Assembly: GCA_963789955.1 (NCBI GenBank)
Contig: CAWBMV010000037.1
Coordinates: forward strand, 352,001 to 416,000
Direction: 5' to 3'
Source: an uncultured Candidatus Rokubacteria bacterium
GTDB taxonomy: Bacteria > Methylomirabilota > Methylomirabilia > Rokubacteriales > CSP1-6
Length of the DNA: 64,000 nucleotides
Shown: piece after piece, positions 54,417-62,379 of the stretch
How the letters are laid out: each line of letters opens with the position of its first letter
How positions within the stretch are numbered: position 1 is the stretch's first letter
Notes under the pieces: model-generated
Database searches by the model: none
Told to the model about the DNA's origin: nothing
What the model saw: the letters and a program-made list of their open reading frames with translations, nothing else
Translations under genes and position numbers: made by a program

Positions 54417-55852
54417 CGCGTCCCTCGGCGATCGCGCGCGCCGTCAGGGCGGCGATCCGGTTGCTCGCGCAGACGAGGACGCCGGCCTTCCGGAGCTCTT
54501 CCTCCTGGCGCTCGAGACCTTGGGGATCGTCGCCGGTGCCGACCACGTGGCCGACGATCGCGAGATCACGCCCGCGGCGCCGGGCGCGCGCCTCGGCAAG
54601 CGCCGGACGCAGCGCGCCGGCCGGGTCGGAGTGGGCGCAATCGCCGAGCACGAGGTCGAGCAGCAGGACGGATACGCCCCCGTCGTCACCGGCCGCGACG
54701 ATCGCGGCGTTCCGCAGGCTCGGATCGATGATCGGGTGAGGCCGTCCGCGCGTGTACTCCTCGCTCCCGAAATCGACGAAGCGATGCGCCGGCGCATCGC
54801 CGACGAGGCGCCGAGCCTCGTCGCAGAGCGTGCCGCCCGTGAAGAAGCCGCGAATCGCGCCGCGGGCGCCGGACGCGGGCACGCGCGGCCGCTCGAGATC
54901 GCGAACGCTGCCGGCGGTGAGCTTCACCGCGGCAGTCGCCGCCTCCTCCAGGGTCGCCGCGGAGTGCACGCCCCGGGGCGTGGCACCGTCGTATCCCAGC
55001 AGACAGGCCACGACCGGCTTTCTCGTCTCGACGGCCGCTCGGAGCACGGTGTCGGCGACGGCCGGCGACGACGGCTTGGAGACGATGAGCAGGACCCGCG
55101 TCTCGGGGTCGGCGCCCAGGGCCGCGACACCCTGAAGGGTGGTGAGCCCGCCGACGGCGGCGTGAAGATCGCGCCCCCCGGTGCCGATCGCGTGCGAGAC
55201 TCCGCTACCGAGCCGATGGATCAAGGTCGTCAGCTCCTGAATGCCCGTCCCCGAGGCGCCGACCACGCCGACGGCGCCGCGGCGAACCCGGTTGGCGAAG
55301 CCCAGACCGACCCCGTTGATGATCGACGTCCCGCATTCGGGTCCCATGACCAGGAGCCCGCGATCGCGCGCGCGGCGCTTGAGGGCGACCTCGTCGTCGA
55401 CTGGGACGCCGTCACTGAAGAGAAACACGTGTAGCCCGGCCGAGAGCGCCTGGTGCGCCTCGATCGCGGCCTGAGCGCCGGGAACCGCGATGAGGGCGAC
55501 GTTCGTCGCCGCGCTCTTGCGCACCGCGCTGATCGTGGTGCGCGGCAGCATGTCCTGCCGGGCCTGCCCGAGCGTCCCGGCTGGCGGTCAGTAGCTCTTC
55601 GACGCGCGCGAGCGCGTGGTTTGCCGCCGCCTCGGTGCTGGCCCGGACTGAGATCAAGAGGTCCGACGGCCCGGCCTGCGGCGCCTCCGCCGGCCACATG
55701 CCGGCCTCCGCGAGCATCGAGCGGCCGGGCGGCGTACCCATCGCGACCCCGACCTCGGCGACACCGGCCAGCTGTCTGGCCTGCTCGGCGACCCGCATGA
55801 GGTCGATCGAGTCGAAGTACGCGTTACGCCGAACCGCCCAGACCAAGCGCAT
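54406..55852 (-). CDS. fdrA: FdrA/YahF acyl-CoA synthetase-like protein (frameshift near 55560)
   Basis: YFDSIDLM, FLFSD.V, MGPECGT, GASGTG.QE, GTGGRDL, YTRGRPHP.IDP. Confidence 0.88.
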
Positions 55853-55945
55853 CCTTGCCCTCCGGTCGTCGCATTATAGCGAGTCGATGAACGCGGGACA
55901 GGAGCCGGCGACCCGGATGGGCACGCCGCCGCTCCAGACCGACGT

Positions 55946-56168
55946 TCACCCCAGGCGGATCATCACGAAGCCGCGCTGCTGGAGCTCGTCGTAGATGTCC
56001 CGCCGGTCTTGCTGGCTCGGATCGCTCGAGGCTCCGGGCTTCGCCCCGGGCGGCAGAATCCGCCGGTCCAGGAGCACCTTGATCTCGGGCATCCCGGCGA
56101 AGACCCGCTCGAAGTAGCCGAAGGAGCTCCGGACGGTCTCGGGCGACCACCACGATCACCCTCGGCAA
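55946..56168 (-). CDS. Small DRR-motif hypothetical protein (frameshift near 56120)
   Basis: MPRVIVVVARDRPEL/GYFERVFAGMPEIKVLLDRR...QDRRDIYDELQQRGFVMIRLG*. Confidence 0.65.
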
Positions 56169-56257
56169 CGGTCACCCTCGTCGGGAAATCTTCCGAATCG
56201 GCCGGTCGGACCGTTCTGCCGTTTGGCAAGATGAAGAAATTTCAAGGCCTTCTCGAA

Positions 56258-56273
56258 TGGCATTCCAAATGCT
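56258..56273 (+). promoter_or_regulatory. Sigma54 -24/-12 promoter
   Basis: TGGCATTCCAAATGCT (GG-N10-GC), about 70 nt upstream of ATG 56341. Confidence 0.65.
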
Positions 56274-56340
56274 CCGACCTGGATTTGGCGAGGAAAAAAT
56301 GACCTGCCATGCTCAGGGTCGACAGACAATAGACAAGCCA

Positions 56341-56599
56341 ATGGCCCGACATCTGTTTCTGGTTTCGCGCCACGAAGCCCGCCTGTACGAGTACCTGCTG
56401 GAGAGATTCCGCGACGACGGGAACGTCGAAGTGATCCTCGACCGCCGGCGTGGAGAGCGACGGGGTCGGACCGCACGGTCAGGAGTCCGATCGTCGGCGA
56501 TCAGACCGGCGCACCCGCCGAGAGGTCGATGTGGAGCTTCGGATCCGATCGCACGTGATCCTGACCCTCCCCGAGGACGACCGCGCAGCTCGCCACTGA
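56341..56599 (+). CDS. Small DRR-motif hypothetical protein, paralogue of 55946-56168 (frameshift near 56470)
   Basis: MARHLFLVSRHEARLYEYLLERFRDDGNVEVILDRRRGERR/..DRRRSDRRTRREVDVELRIRSHVILTL. Confidence 0.7.
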
Positions 56600-56880
56600 C
56601 GTTGGCGGCGCCCCGAGCGCCGTCCGGAGCCAAGGTTAGCACTGTCGGCTCGGCGAGGTTCTGGCTCGCGAGCGCGCACCTCCTCTGTTCAGCTTTTGAT
56701 CAGTCGCTCCGTCGGCACACGTGTGCGATCCATGTGACTGATTTCAAAGACACTCGGAGCCAGTCACACTCGTCTTTCGCTCGGCGCTGCTCAAGTCTCT
56801 TCCAGCGCCGCCCCGGACGCAACGATTGCGGGTACGCAAAATATGCAAGCGATCCGGAAGGTTGCGCGCCAACTACGTAT

Positions 56881-56896
56881 TGGTATTGGCCTTGCT
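56881..56896 (+). promoter_or_regulatory. Sigma54 -24/-12 promoter
   Basis: TGGTATTGGCCTTGCT (GG-N10-GC with TTGC) in AT-richer intergenic DNA upstream of the bEBP gene. Confidence 0.7.
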
Positions 56897-57146
56897 GATC
56901 TATCACGCTCGTGGACCAGCCCGCGCTACGCGTGCCCGAGCTCGAATCGAACGATGCCGCCGCTCTCACGATCGCCGCGCTCGCCCTTCCCGCAATTCGG
57001 GATGGTGACGGCCGTCGGTTCTTCTCCGCAGAATCGGATGGGCTGAAATTCTCGCCGATCGTTTCCGGAATGGCTCCGTCGCGTCGACGGAGCTATTGCT
57101 TGCCATCGAGCACCCTGTCAGAATTGCCAGACTCCGGAGGCGAGCT

Positions 57147-58532
57147 GTGCGCGTAGTGATCGTCGACGAGACTGCGGTCCTGGGCGAAGCAGCACGTCGA
57201 ATCCTGTCTTCGATCGGAGCCACCACCGCGTTCGCCGGCTCGCTGCAGGAGCTCTCACTCGCCTTCGAGACACATAAAGTTCCGAACCTCCTCGTGGTGA
57301 ACGTGACGAACGGTCTCACCGGCTGGGAGGTCGCTGGTCACATCGAGCGCGCGGGCTACCGGGGCCGCGTCCTGGCGTTCGTCGACACGCTCGACGACGC
57401 CAAGATCCAGTACCTGACGCAGCTCCAGCACGTCGATTGCGTGGCGCGTCCGAGCTCGACGGCACTGCTCGATCAGGTCCTGAAGCAGGCGCTGCGCGGC
57501 ACGCGGAGCGTTGCCGAGCGTTCACTCGAAACGATCCGGCCGGCCTATCACGGCATCATCGGCGAGTCACCGCAGATGGGCGAGATTTTCGCGCGCATCG
57601 CGAAGGTCGCGGTCGGTGACGTCAACGTCTGCATCCACGGCGAGAGCGGCACCGGCAAGGAGCTCATCGCGCGCGCGATCCACTACGCGAGCCCGCGCCG
57701 TGATCGCCCGCTGATCACGCTCGACTGCACGACGATTCCCGAAGGGCTGATGGAGAGCCACCTCTTCGGTCACGTGAAGGGGGCGTTCACCGGCGCGACG
57801 GAGCATCGCGAAGGCGTCTTCGCGCTCGCGCACACCGGGACCTTGTTCATCGACGAGCTCGGCGAGCTGAGCCCGGCGCTTCAGGCCAAGCTGCTGCGCG
57901 TCATCCAGAGCCGCGAGTTCTCCAAGGTCGGCGGGACGAAATCGATCCGAACGGACATCCGCCTCATCACCGCAACCAACAAGGACCTCCGAGCGGCCGT
58001 GGCGCAGGGAACGTTCCGCGAGGATCTCTACTATCGAGTCGCGGTGTTCATGATCAAGGTGCCCTCGCTCCGCGAGCGCATCGAGGACATCCCGCGGCTG
58101 GTCGATCACTTCCTGCAGCGCTTCGCGGCCCTCTACGGCAAGCGCGTCACGCGCGTCGCGCCGGCGACGCTCAAGCGCATGATGGCCCTGCCGTGGCCGG
58201 GCAACGTCCGGCAGCTCGAGAACTTCCTGGAGCAGGCGGTGGTGCTCGCCGAGGGCGACACCTTGACCGATCGGGACCTCTTCGCGGGCGATCTCTCGGG
58301 CGGGGCCGCCACGCCCGCGCCGGTGATTTCCGGAGTGTTCGAGGCCGGGCTTCCGCTCAGCGAGGTCGAGCGCCGCCACATCCTGCGCACGCTCCACAAG
58401 GTTCACGGCAATCGCACGGAAGCCGCGCGGCTCCTGCAGATCAGCGTTCGCTGTCTCCAGTACAAGCTCAAGGCGTACGGTCGCGACGTCGAGACGACCG
58501 GCTCTGATCGCGGCCTCCTCCCCAGCGCGTAG
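57147..58532 (+). CDS. Sigma54-dependent activator (bEBP) with degenerate receiver domain and Fis HTH
   Basis: GESGTGKE, GAFTGA, FIDE, WPGNVRQL; GGAGG RBS before GTG 57147. Confidence 0.9.
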   Translation: MRVVIVDETAVLGEAARRILSSIGATTAFAGSLQELSLAFETHKVPNLLVVNVTNGLTGWEVAGHIERAGYRGRVLAFVDTLDDAKIQYLTQLQHVDCVARPSSTALLDQVLKQALRGTRSVAERSLETIRPAYHGIIGESPQMGEIFARIAKVAVGDVNVCIHGESGTGKELIARAIHYASPRRDRPLITLDCTTIPEGLMESHLFGHVKGAFTGATEHREGVFALAHTGTLFIDELGELSPALQAKLLRVIQSREFSKVGGTKSIRTDIRLITATNKDLRAAVAQGTFREDLYYRVAVFMIKVPSLRERIEDIPRLVDHFLQRFAALYGKRVTRVAPATLKRMMALPWPGNVRQLENFLEQAVVLAEGDTLTDRDLFAGDLSGGAATPAPVISGVFEAGLPLSEVERRHILRTLHKVHGNRTEAARLLQISVRCLQYKLKAYGRDVETTGSDRGLLPSA

Positions 58533-58534
58533 CC

Positions 58535-58599
58535 GGCTGCGGAGAGGGGCCGTTGACGCCTTCGGGCGTCGCCTCGCATCTCGGCCCCTCTCCGCAGCC
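58535..58599. terminator. Perfect 18-bp inverted repeat with internal cTTCGg hairpin (terminator or stabiliser)
   Basis: GGCTGCGGAGAGGGGCCG ... CGGCCCCTCTCCGCAGCC; inner GACGCC-TTCG-GGCGTC; no U-tract. Confidence 0.55.
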
Positions 58600-58722
58600 T
58601 GACAATCCCGCGGTGTGAGCTGCAATGTTTGCGTAGATGACGCGCAAGATTTTAGTGGTGAAGCGCGCGATTCTGATCTTTCCGGATTCACGAAACATAT
58701 ATCGTGCAGTCAGTTACGTCGT

Positions 58723-58738
58723 TGGCCTCGTTTGTGCT
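58723..58738 (+). promoter_or_regulatory. Sigma54 -24/-12 promoter
   Basis: TGGCCTCGTTTGTGCT (GG-N10-GC), 44 nt upstream of ATG 58782. Confidence 0.6.
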
Positions 58739-58781
58739 CCTCCAGCACGCCGCATTGAAGCTCGCTCAGTCCAGCCGCAGC

Positions 58782-59087
58782 ATGGTGACGCCGGCGCTCC
58801 GAGAGCTCCTCGGACGCGACGCAGTGTGCCGCGAGATCGTGCAGTACCTGATGCACCACAGCGAGGCCGCCGACACCGCGCGCGGCATCGCGGAGTGGTG
58901 GATCAATCGGGACGTCCCTTCCACACGACGCGCGCTACTGAAGCTCCAGGCCTGTGGCGTCGTCCAGTCGTTCATCGTTCAGGGTGAGACGTTCGTGTAC
59001 GCCTACACCAAGAAGGCGGTCGTGCGTCAATCGCTCGCGCGCTATCTCCGTGAACCGATCGCTTCGCCCGCCGCGAAGGAGCTCTGA
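58782..59087 (+). CDS. Small winged-helix-like hypothetical protein
   Basis: EIVQYL..H.EAADTARGIAEWWI...RRALLKL...GVV. Confidence 0.7.
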   Translation: MVTPALRELLGRDAVCREIVQYLMHHSEAADTARGIAEWWINRDVPSTRRALLKLQACGVVQSFIVQGETFVYAYTKKAVVRQSLARYLREPIASPAAKEL

Positions 59088-59090
59088 GCC

Positions 59091-60164
59091 ATGGCTGCAT
59101 CATCGGTCGCCGGGGCCGCCAACCAGGAGTCCCGCTTGAGCCTGCCGGGAAACGGAGCCCTGCTCGACCTCCGTGTCGTGGCCCTCGGCGGCGGCACGGG
59201 CCTGCCCACCGTGCTCCACGGCCTCCGTGCGGGCCTCTTCGAATCGCACCCGTGGGATCCCGAGCGCGACCAGACGCGGCTGACCGCGATCGCCACCGTC
59301 GCGGACGACGGCGGCAGCTCCGGCAAGCTCCGCGCGACCTACCATCTCCCCTCGCCCGGCGACATCCGCAACTGCCTCCTGGCGCTGGCCGGCGGCGATC
59401 CCATGCTCTCCGACGTGTTCGCCTTCCGGTTCGCGGGCGGCAGCGAGGTCGCCGGGCACAGCCTCGGGAACCTCATCCTGACGGCGCTCACCGAGCTCGA
59501 AGGAGACTTCTCCAAAGCGGTCGCTCGGGTCGGGCGCCTGTTGTCGATCCGCGGCCTGGTCCTCCCGGCCACCAGTCAGAACGTGGCGCTCCAGGCGGAG
59601 CTCTCCGACGGCACGGTCATCGAGGGCGAATCCCGCATCGCGACGGCGCGCAGCCCGATCCGGAAGGTGCGACTCAGTCCCACCGATACGGTGGCGCTGC
59701 CCGAGGCGGTCGAGGCGCTCGAGCGGGCGCACCTGATCGTGCTCGGCCCGGGCAGTCTCTACTCGAGCCTCGTCGCCGCGCTGCTGCCACGCGGGATCGC
59801 CGAGGCCATCACCCGGTCGCGGGCGCGCGTCGTCCACGTCATGAACCTCATGACGGAGCCGGGCGAGACCGACGGTCACACCGCGGCGGATCATCTGATG
59901 GCGATCCGGCGGCACGCGCCGACGATGCCGATCCACGACATCCTCGTCAACACCGCGCCGTTCACGCCCGAGCAGATCGGCCGCTACGGCGCGCAGGGCG
60001 CGGTGCCGGTCGCGGCGGACCTGGCGCTCATGCGGGCGATGGGACACGCCGTTCACGAGTGCGACCTGCTCGCGGCCGGCGACGACGTGCGCCACGATCC
60101 GGGCAAGCTCGCACGCGCACTTCTCACCCTGGCGTATCGCTGCGGCTCGCGCGCGGGCGCCTGA
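59091..60164 (+). CDS. yvcK: YvcK/GlmR (UPF0052/CofD-like) UDP-sugar-binding protein
   Basis: LGGGTGL, VADDGGSSG.LR, PGDIRNCL, GHSLGNL, GPGSLYSS, RHDP. Confidence 0.9.
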   Translation: MAASSVAGAANQESRLSLPGNGALLDLRVVALGGGTGLPTVLHGLRAGLFESHPWDPERDQTRLTAIATVADDGGSSGKLRATYHLPSPGDIRNCLLALAGGDPMLSDVFAFRFAGGSEVAGHSLGNLILTALTELEGDFSKAVARVGRLLSIRGLVLPATSQNVALQAELSDGTVIEGESRIATARSPIRKVRLSPTDTVALPEAVEALERAHLIVLGPGSLYSSLVAALLPRGIAEAITRSRARVVHVMNLMTEPGETDGHTAADHLMAIRRHAPTMPIHDILVNTAPFTPEQIGRYGAQGAVPVAADLALMRAMGHAVHECDLLAAGDDVRHDPGKLARALLTLAYRCGSRAGA

Positions 60165-60167
60165 ACC

Positions 60168-60962
60168 ATGACCTTGCGGGGCGTCCCCGTGCTTCAGTAC
60201 GACGGGCTCGGGACTTCGCTCCCCGCCGAGGTCGACGCCCGCCTGGCGAACCACTGGGTCGCGCCGGTTTCGCTGGGCCGGCAGCTGGTCTCGATCCGTG
60301 AGCACGGGTACCGCGTGGTCAGGCTCTACGACGCGTGGGCCCCGTACGAAGAGGGCGAGCGCCCGGCGCGCTCGGCGGTCGTGTTGACCTTCGACGACGG
60401 CCGCGCCGCCGACTACGACGTGGCGTTCCCGATTCTCCTCGCCGCGGGGGTGCGGGCCGAGTTCTTCATCAACACCGCCCGCGTCGGACAGCCCGGCTAT
60501 CTCACCTGGGCTCGTATCGCCGAGATGCACCGGGCCGGCATGTCGTTTCAGTCTCACGCGCACGATCACGTCGCCCTGCCGGTCCTGTCGGCCCGGCTCC
60601 TCAGAAACGAGCTGCGGACCTCCAAGCGTCTCATCGAAGACTTCCTCGGGCGCGGCGTGGACTTCCTGGCCGCTCCGCACAGCCTGGTCGATCGGCGCGT
60701 CGTCGACGCCGCCATGGACGCCGGCTATCACGCGGTGTGCGCCTCGCGCGGCTGGCCCGCGCGTCCCGGCGGCGTCGTCGTGAACCGGATCACGGTGCTC
60801 CGCGACACGGGCGAAGCGCAGTTCAGCGCGATTCTCGCGCGCGAGCCGCTGGGCTACGCGCCGGCGATCGCGCGCGCGCTCCTCACGCGCCTGCAGCAGC
60901 GCGTCGCGCTGAAGCTCCGGCCGCCCTATCTCGATGGCGAGCTCTCTCCGGGAGGTGCGTGA
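60168..60962 (+). CDS. Polysaccharide deacetylase (CE4/NodB-like)
   Basis: LTFDDG, SHAHDH. Confidence 0.85.
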   Translation: MTLRGVPVLQYDGLGTSLPAEVDARLANHWVAPVSLGRQLVSIREHGYRVVRLYDAWAPYEEGERPARSAVVLTFDDGRAADYDVAFPILLAAGVRAEFFINTARVGQPGYLTWARIAEMHRAGMSFQSHAHDHVALPVLSARLLRNELRTSKRLIEDFLGRGVDFLAAPHSLVDRRVVDAAMDAGYHAVCASRGWPARPGGVVVNRITVLRDTGEAQFSAILAREPLGYAPAIARALLTRLQQRVALKLRPPYLDGELSPGGA

Positions 60963-61599
60963 TGCGGGAGCGCGCACGGTGATCGTCGGTCTGGCCGGCG
61001 GCACCGGCTCGGGCAAGAGCTCGATCGTGCGGAGCCTCGTCGAGCGTGTCGGCGGCTGCGTGGTCGATCTCGAATCCTACACGCTCGACCGCGGCGCCGG
61101 CGCGCCGGAGGACCGGAGCTGGGGCGGCGACGACGAGCCGGCCGCCATCGACACCGAGCTCCTCGTGGCCCACCTCGACGATCTCCGGCGCGGCGAAGCG
61201 ATCCGCAAGCCGGTCTACTCGGCCGAGACGCGCCTGCGCACCGGTATCCAGCTGGTGGCCCCCGCGCGCCTCGTGCTGGTCGAAGGCCTCTTCACCCTCT
61301 GGTGGGACTCTCTTCGCTCGCTCCTGGACGTGAAGGTGTTCATCGACGCACCGGCCGATCTCCGGCTCGTTCGCCGGATTCGGCGGGAGCTCGCCGATCG
61401 CGGCCGCAGCATCGAGCAAGTGCTGTATCAGTACTCGGGCTCGGTGCGTCCCGCGCACGACCGCTACGTGGAGCCGACCCGGGTTCACGCCGACGACGTA
61501 GTCACCAATGACGGGCCTCTCGAAGACGCCGTCGAACAGGTCATCGCGCTCGTGCGCCGCCGCCGGGTCGATGGGCTGGCCGGCGCCGGCCAGCACTAG
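60955..61599 (+). CDS. udk: Uridine kinase-like P-loop kinase (start approximate)
   Basis: GLAGGTGSGKS, VEGL, RLVRRIRRE..DRGRS, YVEPT..AD. Confidence 0.8.
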   Translation: MRDAGARTVIVGLAGGTGSGKSSIVRSLVERVGGCVVDLESYTLDRGAGAPEDRSWGGDDEPAAIDTELLVAHLDDLRRGEAIRKPVYSAETRLRTGIQLVAPARLVLVEGLFTLWWDSLRSLLDVKVFIDAPADLRLVRRIRRELADRGRSIEQVLYQYSGSVRPAHDRYVEPTRVHADDVVTNDGPLEDAVEQVIALVRRRRVDGLAGAGQH

Positions 61600-61602
61600 A
61601 CG

Positions 61603-62379
61603 ATGAGCGCCCAGAACGGAACGCCAATGATCTTCCCGAGCCGACGCGACCCCCGGGCCAAGTGGCTGGAGTGCACGAGCCGTCTGGAATCTTGCGTGAC
61701 GCTCGACGAGCTGGCTCCCAAGCTCGTCGACGCGGTCGGGCAGGTCCTCGGCGCCACCGGCGCCGTCCTCTATCTCGCGGATCCCGGCGATGGCGGACTG
61801 CGCGCGGCCGCGGCCGTCGGCACCGGCTGTCCGGCGCCGACACTTGCCGACGACGATCACGCGCCGTTCGTGCCGCTCCTGCGGGGGCACGCGCCCGTGG
61901 TACTCGAGAACGGCTCGGCCGCCGCCTGGTGCTGGCTGACGGAAGCGCGGGTGTTCACCGAGGGGTCGGCGATCGTGCCGCTTCGCTGGCGTGATGAGCC
62001 GATCGGCGCGCTCGTGCTCGGCGAGCCGGTCGGCAATCCCTACTCGCCTGACGATCTCGAGCTCATGGCCGCCATCGGCGAAGAGGCCGCCGGCCTCCTC
62101 GTCGCCGCCCAGCTCTCGGAGAGCCGCACTCGCGCGCGCGAGCTCGAGGCGTTCCACCGGTTCACGTCGTTCGTGGTCCACGATCTCAAGAGCTCGATCG
62201 CGACGCTCTCGACCCTGAGCGAGAACGCGCTGAAGCGCTTCGACGACCGCGACGTCCAGCGCGACGCGCTCAACACGGTCGCCCAGACCGTGAATCGCAT
62301 GAAGTCGATGCTCGGGCGCCTCCAGGACGGAGCGGGCACGACCGTCTCCCTGCGCCTCCCATTCGGAGGGCGAACATGA
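61603..62379 (+). CDS. PrsK-like GAF + HisKA protein lacking the membrane and HATPase domains
   Basis: GAF-like region; ELEAFHRFTSFVVHDLK H-box; jumps directly to terminal GAGTTVSLRLP. Confidence 0.75.
   Translation: MSAQNGTPMIFPSRRDPRAKWLECTSRLESCVTLDELAPKLVDAVGQVLGATGAVLYLADPGDGGLRAAAAVGTGCPAPTLADDDHAPFVPLLRGHAPVVLENGSAAAWCWLTEARVFTEGSAIVPLRWRDEPIGALVLGEPVGNPYSPDDLELMAAIGEEAAGLLVAAQLSESRTRARELEAFHRFTSFVVHDLKSSIATLSTLSENALKRFDDRDVQRDALNTVAQTVNRMKSMLGRLQDGAGTTVSLRLPFGGRT

Noticed and set aside
56911..57156. 81-aa ORF between the sigma54 promoter and the bEBP gene
   Set aside because: Atypical composition and no recognisable motif; more likely a 5' leader, though not excluded.
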